Shown one piece after another: positions 23,308 through 33,496 of a stretch of 64,000 bases of DNA (the stretch's first letter is position 1; each line of letters begins with the position of its first letter). The translations under genes were made by a program, and so were the position numbers. This DNA comes from Patescibacteria group bacterium (lineage in GTDB: Bacteria; Patescibacteriota; Microgenomatia; UBA8517). The stretch spans positions 12,937-76,936 of the forward strand of contig JALHYA010000001.1 of NCBI GenBank assembly GCA_022868165.1. The letters run 5' to 3'. The notes under the pieces were generated by a model. That model saw only the letters and a list, made by a program, of their open reading frames with translations, did not search any database and was not told the DNA's origin.

Positions 23308-23970
23308 ATGTCAAAAGGCCCCGAAATTCTTGTAACTGGTGGGGAAGATATCCCCGAAGAGTATAAAAATAACCCCAATAGTCCTGAACTTCTTACTCAA
23401 TTTATGCGTGTATTTTGGCAAGAAGCGGGCCAAAGGATAGGGAAATGCTATGTTGTCGATGAATTTCCTTTGACAGCTGAAGATCTTGGAGAAAGACAAA
23501 AAGAGGACCGTATGGCTATTTTTGTACCACACGACGTAACGAGACACGACCTGGTTGAAATGTTCCCAAAAATGGGAAGTTTGGCAACTCAACAAAGTTT
23601 ATCCATCGACAATAAGGCTGGAGCCGGTTGTTGGCTTTGGATTGAATCCTCTGATTACAACCTCAGAAAATATTTAAATTCGGAAGAAATATCCAAAGGA
23701 TTTCTAGGACAATCTTTAAGAACATACATTATCGGGGGCCAGATTCGTAAATTATTAACCCGTAGGTATTTTGACCAAGCAGGATCAGATGTCTCACGAC
23801 TGACCGGACACAGCCCTTGGGAATTCCGGACTTTGCTCGCCAAATTTAGTTACGATGGGCATTTAAGTGTCTGGAGTCTAAGTGAGTGGAGTTGTAGAGG
23901 CGCTAGTTCTGACCTGGAAATCTCGGGTTATCGTACGGAGCAGTTGGTTAAGCCACCTTCAGTGGCATAA
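23308..23970 (+). CDS. hypothetical protein
   Basis: 220-aa ORF with no recognised motif. Confidence 0.4.
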   Translation: MSKGPEILVTGGEDIPEEYKNNPNSPELLTQFMRVFWQEAGQRIGKCYVVDEFPLTAEDLGERQKEDRMAIFVPHDVTRHDLVEMFPKMGSLATQQSLSIDNKAGAGCWLWIESSDYNLRKYLNSEEISKGFLGQSLRTYIIGGQIRKLLTRRYFDQAGSDVSRLTGHSPWEFRTLLAKFSYDGHLSVWSLSEWSCRGASSDLEISGYRTEQLVKPPSVA

Positions 23971-24038
23971 AACAGAAGTCAATCGTACCTTCATAGACTG
24001 CGGATTCTTAAAAATTAGTATCAGGTATAATATCTCCA

Positions 24039-24983
24039 ATGCTTATAGATGAGATTGCTGTGGTTTTCAAAGGAGGAGATGGTGGAAATGGAAAAGTATC
24101 CTTTGGAAAGATGCTTCGATCTGGTCCAGATGGTGGAAATGGTGGAGATGGAGGAGATTTGTATCTGGAAGCTGCCTCAGATTTAACCTTACTTAATCAA
24201 TTCTCAGCTAAGGACGAGATTCAAGCCCAAAATGGTGAGTCTGGGCGTAAAAACAAAATGTCTGGAGTCAAAGGTTCAGATATTGTTTTATTTGTTCCTT
24301 TTGGAACAAACATTAAAGATGTAGAAACTCTTGAGGAGTGGAATTTGGAGAAGGTACACGAAAGAATTCTTCTTTGTAAGGGAGGGGTACGGGGAAAAGG
24401 AAATTGGGAATTTAGAAGTCCAACCAATACTACCCCAAGGTATGCAGAGTCAGGTGAAAGGGGGCAAAAAAGAAATCTTTTTCTTACTTTGAAGTTTATT
24501 GCAGACTTTGGCCTTATTGGTCTACCTAATACAGGAAAAAGCAGTTTACTCAAGGAACTAACAAATGCCAAACCCAAAATTGCCAGTTATGCATTTACTA
24601 CTCTTTCTCCTAATTTGGGGGTGATAGAAAATGGCAAGATAATTACAGATATTCCTGGCCTTATTGAAGGAGCCCATTTAGGTAAGGGGCTAGGTATTAG
24701 ATTTTTGAAACACATTGAGAAAGTAAGACTCCTTCTTCACTGCATTTCTTCCGATTCGAAAGACGCAATCAAAGATTATCAGGTCGTAAGAAATGAGCTC
24801 GGAAGCTACAACAAATTGCTTCTCACAAAAAGGGAGATTATTCTTCTGACGAAATCCGACCTCCTTGATTCATCTGAATTAAAAAAGAAACTTAAAGAGT
24901 TGTCTAAAACAACTAAAACTGTAATAAAACTTTCAATCTATGACCACCCAAGTTTGGAAGCGCTCAAGAAGGTGTTAATATAG
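24039..24983 (+). CDS. obg: GTPase Obg
   Basis: Gly-rich Obg fold (VVFKGGDGGNGKVSF, GGNGGDGGDLYL) followed by a G domain. Confidence 0.85.
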   Translation: MLIDEIAVVFKGGDGGNGKVSFGKMLRSGPDGGNGGDGGDLYLEAASDLTLLNQFSAKDEIQAQNGESGRKNKMSGVKGSDIVLFVPFGTNIKDVETLEEWNLEKVHERILLCKGGVRGKGNWEFRSPTNTTPRYAESGERGQKRNLFLTLKFIADFGLIGLPNTGKSSLLKELTNAKPKIASYAFTTLSPNLGVIENGKIITDIPGLIEGAHLGKGLGIRFLKHIEKVRLLLHCISSDSKDAIKDYQVVRNELGSYNKLLLTKREIILLTKSDLLDSSELKKKLKELSKTTKTVIKLSIYDHPSLEALKKVLI

Positions 24984-25274
24984 TTAAACGGTCTTTAGTT
25001 AATTCTGGCTTCGGCAATATGTTCTTGGCGGGCTTGTTCCCGAAGCTCGGCTTCGTGTTTTTGAACGTTTCTTCTGTCGGTTTCTCGCTGAAGATCACTT
25101 TCAACCTTTTTTTGGCATGAAGCATCGGGACATGAAGTTTGCGTGTAAACTAAGATTCCGGAAATAGATTTTTCTTCCCAGGTCTTAATTACAATTCTGT
25201 CTTTTCCGCAGCGTGGGCAGGGGTTTGAGACGAGTGTGCGTGTGATAGCCTATTATACCACCAATTTGCCTTTA

Positions 25275-26591
25275 TTACCTCGCCATTGTGTACGTTGTAG
25301 GATGATAAATAAAAACGGCTGGGCAATCTTCGACCAAAAATCTCTGGAAATCCCAATAAATTTTCTTCCTGTTTTCCTGATTCAACTCAACCCTTCCGTC
25401 TTCCAAAAGCTTGTCGATTCTGGGACTTTGATAGTGGGATATGTTCGTACTTGTTTGGGTAGAGTGCCAAATTGCATATTGGTCGGGGTCCTTGGGAGTA
25501 TCGAATATTGCCAAGAAAGCCTGATAATCGGTAGGAATTCCGGAAACGACTTGAATAGTTGTTTTTACTCCAATTCCCTCCCAATCTTTGGCTATTTTTT
25601 CAGCATCTTTCAAAAGAATGGGGGTCGTTGAAAGTTTTAGAGTTAAGTTTGCCTTCATTTCCTTAGGCAGATCGTTCAAAAGCTCTTTGGCTCTTGCGGG
25701 GTCGTACGAATAAGGTTTTACCTGGGGGTTATAAGCCCATGAGTCGGGCGAAATGGGTCCCAATGCTCTAGGCCCGTCAAAATTGTCCTTATTTATGGCA
25801 TAATCGAGAGCCTGTCTGAAGTTTTTCCCTTTCAAAAGATTGTCTTGGGTGTTGAAAAAGATAACTACATATCTCGTTTGGTCTACTTCTTTTTCGATAT
25901 TTGTGGTTTTCCAGTTTTCAAATTCCGAAGTGCTGAAAATATCCTCTATTTTATCTACCTGACCGAGCTTAAATGCAATTTTCGTTTGCTTTTCGGTCGG
26001 ATAGAACTTATAAATGGTTCTCTCGCCTTTTTTGCCTTTTAAATCCAATTCCTGAACGTTGCCTGCTGCAAGAATAATTGTGGAAACTTTCCAGTCGCCC
26101 GTGCCCAAAAGTCCTTTTCTGAAAGTAGGTTTAGATACAACAGAAGGAAAAGGTGCATACGGAGTTTTTAACTTAAAAACCAAAGTATTTGCGTCGGGGC
26201 GGTCTATTGTAAGGTCTGAAAATTGGTAAACGATGGATTGGGACGTGACCCTTTTTCCGTCCTGCCAATAAGCCTCTTTAAGATGAAATGTCCATGTTTT
26301 ACCGTCTTCCGAAGATTCCCAGCTTGAGGATAAATTCGGAGTTACTTCGCCGGCGTTGTCCGTTTGCGTAAGGCCGTCCCCGACCATTTCCAAAATATTG
26401 TTCGGGAGAGAATCCGGGGTGAATCTGCCAGTAATTCCAATTCTTACAGTACTTGCACCAAGTAAGTTCGGGCCAAGTGCACGGATAATGAAAAAACCCG
26501 CCAAACCCAGAAAAGCGCTTAGAAGAATTATACCTTTAAAACGAGAAATAAAAGCTCCGATAAGGCGAAAAAAGTATCTTACCTTAAGCAT
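25275..26591 (-). CDS. ABC-transporter substrate-binding protein, family 5 (OppA/DppA-like)
   Basis: SWE.S.DGKTWTF.L ... KGLLGTGDWKV ... ALDYAINKD pattern of SBP_bac_5. N-terminal anchor. Confidence 0.6.
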   Translation of the reverse strand: MLKVRYFFRLIGAFISRFKGIILLSAFLGLAGFFIIRALGPNLLGASTVRIGITGRFTPDSLPNNILEMVGDGLTQTDNAGEVTPNLSSSWESSEDGKTWTFHLKEAYWQDGKRVTSQSIVYQFSDLTIDRPDANTLVFKLKTPYAPFPSVVSKPTFRKGLLGTGDWKVSTIILAAGNVQELDLKGKKGERTIYKFYPTEKQTKIAFKLGQVDKIEDIFSTSEFENWKTTNIEKEVDQTRYVVIFFNTQDNLLKGKNFRQALDYAINKDNFDGPRALGPISPDSWAYNPQVKPYSYDPARAKELLNDLPKEMKANLTLKLSTTPILLKDAEKIAKDWEGIGVKTTIQVVSGIPTDYQAFLAIFDTPKDPDQYAIWHSTQTSTNISHYQSPRIDKLLEDGRVELNQENRKKIYWDFQRFLVEDCPAVFIYHPTTYTMAR

Positions 26592-26594
26592 AAA

Positions 26595-26807
26595 TCAAAT
26601 GAAAAGCGAGAGAATCGAAATAATAACGAAGATTGTAGCGAATAAGAAAGTTGCACGAAAAATGATTTTTTCCAATCCACGTCTTGTGAAGCTGGATTGG
26701 CCGGCCCCCCACGCACGGCTTAAACCCTTGCCGCGAGCCTGGACCAAGACAGTGCCAACCAAAAATATTGAAACGATAACCTGAATAACCAGCAAAGTTT
26801 CCTTCAT
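26595..26807 (-). CDS. secG: preprotein translocase subunit SecG
   Basis: 70 aa: LLVIQVIVSIFLVGTVLVQARGKGLSRAWGAGQ, the typical SecG pattern. Confidence 0.7.
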   Translation of the reverse strand: MKETLLVIQVIVSIFLVGTVLVQARGKGLSRAWGAGQSSFTRRGLEKIIFRATFLFATIFVIISILSLFI

Positions 26808-26838
26808 CCTAGAGAAACATTATACCCCAAAGAGGCCG

Positions 26839-27279
26839 CTATTTAATAATCCAGTAGATTAAAGAGCTGAAAAAGGACAAAACAAAGGAAAAGGCTACGA
26901 AAGCCAGAATTCCCGTAAAGGAGACTGCAGGAATATCGAACCATTTCGTAGTAAATCCAACAAAGCTGAAACTGAGAATTGTAAATCCCGGAACGATTAA
27001 AGTAACAATATAAAGAGTAATGGCCGAGGAGACCCACCTAAAAAGCCCGAACGTAAGAAGATTTATAGGCAGAAGTAAAATGCCGATAACGGGTTTGGCC
27101 AAGAGCGAAACAATAGTTAATCCCACACCGGCCAAAAACAAGTCTTCCCAGCCTTTGGCAAAAATCATCCCCTGCGCAATGCGCGAAACAACGAAAAGGG
27201 AAAATGTATCTATGACATAGTGCCGGATTATTCTCTTCAAGCTATTTTTAAGTATCGCCCGCAAAGTATGGCGTGTCAA
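26839..27279 (-). CDS. DUF360 / phage-holin-family-4-like membrane protein (paralog 2)
   Basis: 146 aa, multi-TM, VPGF/GF motifs similar to the 8458-8805 gene. Confidence 0.5.
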   Translation of the reverse strand: MTRHTLRAILKNSLKRIIRHYVIDTFSLFVVSRIAQGMIFAKGWEDLFLAGVGLTIVSLLAKPVIGILLLPINLLTFGLFRWVSSAITLYIVTLIVPGFTILSFSFVGFTTKWFDIPAVSFTGILAFVAFSFVLSFFSSLIYWIIK

Positions 27280-28619
27280 GAATTCGAGACAAACTCTACG
27301 AGACTTTTCTTAACAAGTTTGTGGTGATACATTCGGGCAAATCTGTGGGCCTCGTTTCTTATTCTTTGCAAAAGATTTAGGGCGGGCCCCTTCGAAAGAG
27401 CAATTTGGGCGAAACCATTATCGCTTGGAATTATTAATGTTTCGAACATTTTTGCCAACCCGACAATGGGAATATTTAGCTTGTCAAATATCAGGCGGAA
27501 AGCGTTTACTTGAGCTTTTCCTCCGTCGACAACTATCAAATCGGGTTTTCCCCAGCCCCTTAAGTTTGCGGCCCTTCTTCGTGCGACCTCCCTCATAGAA
27601 GAAATATCGTCCTGGCCTTTTGTTTGTTTTATTCTAAAATGTCGGTAAAAACTTTTGTCGGCCTCACCTGCGATAAAAGTTACCATGGAAGCGGTGGGAA
27701 AAGTTCCCGTAAGGTGGGCAACGTCAAAACACTCAATTCTGGAAATTTTCCCTGGTAATTTAACATGTTTGGAAATTATCGACGTTAAAACTTGAAGCTC
27801 TTGCTCGCGGATATCCTCTGCAAGATTTGGATTTTGCAAAAACCGGGAAACTTCGGTAACAGGCTGGGTAATGTAATCAAGACGTTCGACCTGCGAACGA
27901 ACGAGGACGGCATCTTCATATTTTTCCTTTGCCGAAAATTCCCTCATTTCTCTAGTCAGATCGTTTCTGACACTATGCATCTCTCCCTGAAGAATTTTTC
28001 TTATTCTGGCAATATTTTTTCTGTATTTTCCTCTCAACAATTCCTTATCCTTGCCGTCTTTAAATAACTCTATGGCGTTTGGACAGGGGTTGCATAATCC
28101 TATGTGGTTGTATAAACAGGGCCTCTTGCCTAATTTATGGTCGGAAAACGGAAAGATTTTCCTGACCATTTTTAAGACTCCCCGAACGGCTGTTGATGAA
28201 GGAAAGGGACCGAAATAATCGACGACTTTTTCGTTCTCTTCGATTTTCCTTGAAGTAAGAACCCTGGGATATTTTTCTTTGGTTATCTTTATATAGAGAG
28301 GGTGCTTATCGTCTTTTAGTGCAAAGTTGTATCTCGGCTTATTGGCACGGATTAGTTTGGCTTCAAGAAGCAGAGCCTCCAGTTCCGAACCAACGACAAT
28401 AAAAGAAAAGGTATCGGCCTCACTTACCATTTTAGAGGTTTTGGGCGCCAGATTTATTGTGAAGTAGGAATTGAGCCTGCTTTTGAGATTAACTGCCTTA
28501 CCTATATATAACGGTGTGTTTTTCTGCCAGAAGATATATATTCCGGCGTTTTCCGGAATTTTCCTAAGGCTTTGTTTGAGGTTGGGAAACCTCCGGAGGA
28601 TTTTTAATTGATTGCGCAT
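27276..28619 (-). CDS. uvrC: excinuclease ABC subunit C (short form)
   Basis: N-terminal GIY-YIG (GIYIFW...LYIGKAVNLKSRLNSYF) and UvrC endonuclease domain (RIECFDVAHLTG). The track start overlaps the upstream gene by about 56 bp, so the true start may be later. Confidence 0.8.
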   Translation of the reverse strand: MRNQLKILRRFPNLKQSLRKIPENAGIYIFWQKNTPLYIGKAVNLKSRLNSYFTINLAPKTSKMVSEADTFSFIVVGSELEALLLEAKLIRANKPRYNFALKDDKHPLYIKITKEKYPRVLTSRKIEENEKVVDYFGPFPSSTAVRGVLKMVRKIFPFSDHKLGKRPCLYNHIGLCNPCPNAIELFKDGKDKELLRGKYRKNIARIRKILQGEMHSVRNDLTREMREFSAKEKYEDAVLVRSQVERLDYITQPVTEVSRFLQNPNLAEDIREQELQVLTSIISKHVKLPGKISRIECFDVAHLTGTFPTASMVTFIAGEADKSFYRHFRIKQTKGQDDISSMREVARRRAANLRGWGKPDLIVVDGGKAQVNAFRLIFDKLNIPIVGLAKMFETLIIPSDNGFAQIALSKGPALNLLQRIRNEAHRFARMYHHKLVKKSLVEFVSNS

Positions 28620-30459
28620 TTTTTAGAAAAAACTTGGCGTAAATTTTAAATAAAGAAACCCTTTTTATTCTCAACACTACTATCCCGACGAGAATGGCAA
28701 AAATGAGAAATATTGCCAAAAGATTATAGATTATAACTTGACTCTTGAATGTGGGAATCTCAACCTTCTGGTCGAGAAGCAAAATCGTTATTTTATCGGG
28801 AGTTTTATTTCCCAAAAAGCTGAAAGGCACGCTAAGAACCATATCATAGGTAGCATATGGAGGAAAGACATCGATTGTTGTTCCTTGTGAACTTTTTGAA
28901 TCAAAATCAATTTCCGGAGTGAGATTATAGAGCGCAACCGGTCCCGGATTATATACCTTGACAAGAATTTTATTGTTGAAAAAAGGTAAAGGCTGATTGT
29001 TTACGTATGAAATTTGCGGATAACTTACTCTTTTGTCCGGCAAATTACCGAAATTTACAAAGACGTCTTTCTGCGGATTTGTCCCAAGTTTATAAGAGCC
29101 CGGCGGATAGGGCTTAACGGGGCTTTCGCCGTGAATTACAAAGGTGAAGTGTCTAAGATCCAGCTTACTAAAGTAGTCGATACCTTTGGTTGTCGAGCCC
29201 CATGTGGGGTCAACCGGAATCCAGACCTGTTTTTCTTTATCCCAATATTCCGGCCATGCGTGCAAAACATCGGCAACTAAAGAAAGCGGTTGGATTTGGG
29301 GATTTTCAGTATATGCATAGCCGTTAATTTCTCTTGCGGGAATGCCTGCCGCCCTAGAAAGAGCAATAAATAGGTCCGTGAATTCCATACATATTGCATT
29401 TTTGGGATTGAGGAGTGCCTTTTTGGCCCCTAATCTCTCAACATTCGGTTTAACCCTGCCGTAATCATAAGAAAGAGTTGTAGTTACATAGTCGTAAAGG
29501 AATTTTGGCGTCTGTAAACGTTTTGCCAACTCGACTATTTGAGGGTCGCTGCTTTGCCAATATTGGGTCTCATTGAGGTCGGTTTTTAAAACATCTTCGG
29601 AAGATTTCATAAACGGTCTAAATCCCGAAAATATTTGAACGCTGCCGGTTGCTTTAACGTCAATTCTTTCCCGAGGTTTTAATTCATAGGAAGCAATCCA
29701 ATTGCCGTCCGGGTCTAAGGAAATTTTTATTGGAGCAGGAGAAATTGTCGAGTAATACATCTTTTGGAAGGCGGTATCGGGAGGAATTGCGATATCCGCA
29801 AGAGAGCTTTTGCCCAGTGGATTTTCGAGGTGATAATTTAAAACGAAAGAAAAAACCTGAAAATCTCCGAATCCGGCTGTGACACCGCTTCTTCCCATAT
29901 CTTCCTGGCCGTATGAATAAACCAAAAAATTACCCTGGGGACTTACCTTTGCGGGCTTTGGAGAAATGTACGCTTCCTTTCCAAAAGAATTCGGGACATA
30001 AATATTTACAGCGTAGCTGCGGTACGATGTGCCGGTGGCTATTCTCGGGATTGAGATTTCCCAAATCTCCCCGGTTTTGACTGCAAAAGAGTCTTCGTCA
30101 AAAGAAACAGAGAAGGTCCGCGAATTTCCTTTACCCACAACGGAATCGGGGAAGTTTATTGTGATATCGTCCTTTCCGCCCATTTTATTTTCAGAAAACG
30201 GCAGTGGGGCCCCGTTTTGCAAAGCTTGGATATTTTTCGGAGAAAGATTTTCCAAGGAGAGAGTATAGGATGTGGCGTAAATGTTGGTCAGGGCATTGAT
30301 AAGTGTTACGTTGTTAACTACGGTGGTTTTACCACTGGGAGCGATCTTATAATCAACCCTGACATCCGTTACAAATTCCCCTTCGGCTTGGACAAAAGAA
30401 GGTTTAATCGCCAGTGCCGTGAGAAAAAAAAGGAGAAAAAGAATAATTTTCTTTAACAT
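28564..30459 (-). CDS. secreted transglutaminase-like domain protein
   Basis: NAICMEFTDLFIALSRAAGIPAR (transglutaminase-like Cys motif). Signal peptide from Met46 of the track ORF. Confidence 0.55.
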   Translation of the reverse strand: MLKKIILFLLFFLTALAIKPSFVQAEGEFVTDVRVDYKIAPSGKTTVVNNVTLINALTNIYATSYTLSLENLSPKNIQALQNGAPLPFSENKMGGKDDITINFPDSVVGKGNSRTFSVSFDEDSFAVKTGEIWEISIPRIATGTSYRSYAVNIYVPNSFGKEAYISPKPAKVSPQGNFLVYSYGQEDMGRSGVTAGFGDFQVFSFVLNYHLENPLGKSSLADIAIPPDTAFQKMYYSTISPAPIKISLDPDGNWIASYELKPRERIDVKATGSVQIFSGFRPFMKSSEDVLKTDLNETQYWQSSDPQIVELAKRLQTPKFLYDYVTTTLSYDYGRVKPNVERLGAKKALLNPKNAICMEFTDLFIALSRAAGIPAREINGYAYTENPQIQPLSLVADVLHAWPEYWDKEKQVWIPVDPTWGSTTKGIDYFSKLDLRHFTFVIHGESPVKPYPPGSYKLGTNPQKDVFVNFGNLPDKRVSYPQISYVNNQPLPFFNNKILVKVYNPGPVALYNLTPEIDFDSKSSQGTTIDVFPPYATYDMVLSVPFSFLGNKTPDKITILLLDQKVEIPTFKSQVIIYNLLAIFLIFAILVGIVVLRIKRVSLFKIYAKFFLKNAQSIKNPPEVSQPQTKP

Positions 30460-30464
30460 CAACT

Positions 30465-33440
30465 TTAGTATATTAGATTGCGCAGAAGTTGCCCAGTATA
30501 CGACTTCTGGGACTTTGCAATATCTCTTGTTGTCCCTTTTGCGACAACCTCTCCCCCATTGTCCCCTCCTTCCGGGCCCAAATCTATAATCCAATCGGCA
30601 TTTTTAATTACATCCGGATTATGCTCGATGATAAATACCGAATTACCCCTCGAAACCAGAAGCTTAAGTACCTTCAAAAGTTTTTCGATATCGGCAAAAT
30701 GAAGACCGGTGGTGGGTTCGTCGAGAATATAAACCGTCGAACCGGTGGCCTTTTTGGAAAGTTCGGAAGCAAGTTTTACCCTTTGTGCCTCTCCACCCGA
30801 CAGAGTTGTAGCCGGCTGGCCCAGTTCCATGTAGCCTAGGCCGACTTCTTCCAAGGTCTCGAGTTTGCCAACTATTTGGGAGTGGGCATGGAAAAATTCC
30901 TTTGCTTCCGTTACGGTCAAGTTTAAAACTTCGGAAATATTTTTGCCTTTATATGAAATTTCCAGCGTTTGATTGTTGTATCTTTTTGCTTGGCAGACTT
31001 CGCAGGTCACCCAAATATCGCTCATAAACTGCATTTCTATCTTTATTTGCCCCTGGCCTTCACAAGCTTCGCACCTTCCGCCTTTGACGTTGAAAGAAAA
31101 TCTTCCTTTCTTAAATCCCAAGGACTTGGCATCTTTTGTTAACGCATAAACATCGCGGATGGGGCCAAAAACCCCCGTATATGTTGCGGGATTGCTTCTG
31201 GGAGTTCTTCCGATTGGCGACTGGTCAATTAAAATTACCTTGTCGACATTATCTACACCTTCCATAGATTTAAACTTTCCCAACTCTCCCCTATAAAAAG
31301 GATTTAACTTTTCCGAAAGAGCAGGAAAAAGAGTTTCAACCAGTAATGTGGACTTACCGCTCCCCGAAACTCCTGTAATTACAACAAATTTTGAAAGAGG
31401 AAACTCTACATTTATGTTTTTAAGATTAAATTGATTGCAGCCGACAAGGGTGAGAGAAGCTGGAAGATTGAGATTAGAGGCTGGATTCTGAAGTTGGAAG
31501 TTAGAGCGAATCGAACTTCTAGCCTCGTCATCAAACATCCAGTTTCCAACATCTATCTTCCTTTTTCCCGACAAATACTGTCCTGTTAAAGACTTTGGAT
31601 TTTTTGATATTTGAGACGGCGTCCCTTCGGCAACAAGAATTCCTCCGTCTCGTCCGGCTCCGGGTCCAAAATCAAAAACATGGTCTGCCTGTTCAATCAT
31701 TTGCCTGTCGTGTTCGACAACAATTACAGTGTTTCCCAGATCCCTGAGCCTTTTAAGGGTATCGATAAGTTTTTGGTTGTCGCGCATATGAAGACCGATT
31801 GTTGGCTCATCCAATACATACAATACTCCCGTAAGGCCGGAGCCGATTTGAGAGGCGAGACGGATTCTCTGCGCCTCCCCGCCCGAAAGCGTTCCTGCTT
31901 CTCTGGAAAGAGTTAAATATTCAAGACCCACTGCTTTGAGAAAATTGAGTCGGGAAGAAATTTCCTTATGAATTAATCTTGCAATTTCTTTTTCTCTTTC
32001 GTTCAATATAGAAGGAAGCTTTTCTATCCACTCGGCGGCTTTTGTTATCGAGAAATCCGTAACTTGGGAAATGGAAAGCTCATTAATGGTTATTCCCAAA
32101 GCTTCCTTTTTAAGTCTTGCTCCGTTGCATACTTCGCACAATCTTTCCCTCATATACTTCTCTATTGCCATTCTTATGTAATCGGATGTAGACTCCACGT
32201 GCCTTCTTTCGAGTTCGGGAACGACTCCGAGCCATTTTGCCCAAATAAAAGTGTCTTTCCCGAAACGATTTCTTCCAAAAACCTGATAAAGTTTGTCTCC
32301 GGTTCCGTAAAGAAGAATAATTTTTTGCTCTTTTGTATAGGAAGAAATTGGAGCCCGCGGGTTTATTCCGTTTTCCTCACACATCTTAAAAACTATCCGG
32401 GAAAACCACGTTTCGTGTTCAAACATAGAAGCAAACGGCAAAATTCCTCCTTCGGTTATCGATAGCATCTCGGAAAAGATGAGATGAGGTTCGACTTTGA
32501 GTATTTTTCCCAGACCCGAACAATTCGGACAAGCTCCGTATGGGGAATTAAATGAAAATGTTCTCGGTTCGACCTCCGGAATTTGAATATTGTCTACCGG
32601 ACAGGCGAATTTTTCGGAAAAAAGATGGTCCGTGAATTTTTTTGGATATTCCGGCAATTCAAATCCTTTGTCTAATATTTGAGAAAGAATTATGTTTCCG
32701 TCGGACAGTTTAAGGGCTTGTTCTATGGAATCGGAGATTCTTGATTTAAGATTTTCTTTAAAAATTGGGTCCTTGAGGTTGCTTAGGCTTAGACTTAATC
32801 TGTCGACCACCGCTTCGATTGAATGTTTGTTGGTTTTAATTAAAAGGAAATCCTCGGAGAGCGACTTAACTTGTCCGTCAACCCTTACTTGTCTGAATCC
32901 TTTTGCTTTGAGGTTTTCAAACAAAGAAGAAAATTCGCCTTTTCTTCCGGAAACAATAGGAGAAAGGACCAAAAACCAGGCTTTTTTGTCGGTTTTGGCA
33001 GTTTGTTCGATTAAAGTAAGACCTGCATTTACTATTTGGTCAACCGATTGTGAAGAAATTTCCCGTCCGCAAATAGGACAATGAGGATGACCGACTCGGG
33101 CAAATAATAGCCTCATATAATCGTAAATTTCCGTAATCGTTCCGACGATTGAACGCGGGTTTCGCGAAGTTGTCTTTTGGTCAATCGAAATCGCTGGGGA
33201 AAGACCTTCTATTGCATCCACATCGGGCTTTTCCATAACACCCAAAAACTGCCGGGCATAGGTGGAAAGGCTTTCTACATATCTTCTTTGACCTTCGGCA
33301 TAAATTGTGTCAAAAGCAAGCGAGCTTTTTCCACTACCCGAAACTCCCGTAAAAACAATCAATTTGTTTTTCGGAATATCCAAATTGATATTTTTGAGAT
33401 TATGCTGTCTGGCGCCCCTTATTTTGATTACGTTTTCCAT
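30465..33440 (-). CDS. uvrA: excinuclease ABC subunit A
   Basis: Two ABC ATPase modules (GVSGSGKSSL; LSGGEAQR), zinc-finger CxxC pairs. Start at Met15 (MENVIKIRGARQHNLKNI). Confidence 0.9.
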   Translation of the reverse strand: MENVIKIRGARQHNLKNINLDIPKNKLIVFTGVSGSGKSSLAFDTIYAEGQRRYVESLSTYARQFLGVMEKPDVDAIEGLSPAISIDQKTTSRNPRSIVGTITEIYDYMRLLFARVGHPHCPICGREISSQSVDQIVNAGLTLIEQTAKTDKKAWFLVLSPIVSGRKGEFSSLFENLKAKGFRQVRVDGQVKSLSEDFLLIKTNKHSIEAVVDRLSLSLSNLKDPIFKENLKSRISDSIEQALKLSDGNIILSQILDKGFELPEYPKKFTDHLFSEKFACPVDNIQIPEVEPRTFSFNSPYGACPNCSGLGKILKVEPHLIFSEMLSITEGGILPFASMFEHETWFSRIVFKMCEENGINPRAPISSYTKEQKIILLYGTGDKLYQVFGRNRFGKDTFIWAKWLGVVPELERRHVESTSDYIRMAIEKYMRERLCEVCNGARLKKEALGITINELSISQVTDFSITKAAEWIEKLPSILNEREKEIARLIHKEISSRLNFLKAVGLEYLTLSREAGTLSGGEAQRIRLASQIGSGLTGVLYVLDEPTIGLHMRDNQKLIDTLKRLRDLGNTVIVVEHDRQMIEQADHVFDFGPGAGRDGGILVAEGTPSQISKNPKSLTGQYLSGKRKIDVGNWMFDDEARSSIRSNFQLQNPASNLNLPASLTLVGCNQFNLKNINVEFPLSKFVVITGVSGSGKSTLLVETLFPALSEKLNPFYRGELGKFKSMEGVDNVDKVILIDQSPIGRTPRSNPATYTGVFGPIRDVYALTKDAKSLGFKKGRFSFNVKGGRCEACEGQGQIKIEMQFMSDIWVTCEVCQAKRYNNQTLEISYKGKNISEVLNLTVTEAKEFFHAHSQIVGKLETLEEVGLGYMELGQPATTLSGGEAQRVKLASELSKKATGSTVYILDEPTTGLHFADIEKLLKVLKLLVSRGNSVFIIEHNPDVIKNADWIIDLGPEGGDNGGEVVAKGTTRDIAKSQKSYTGQLLRNLIY

Positions 33441-33496
33441 TTCCACGCAAAAAACGCATCGGATGGTACCGAAGCACTCCATTATATAACTAAATC

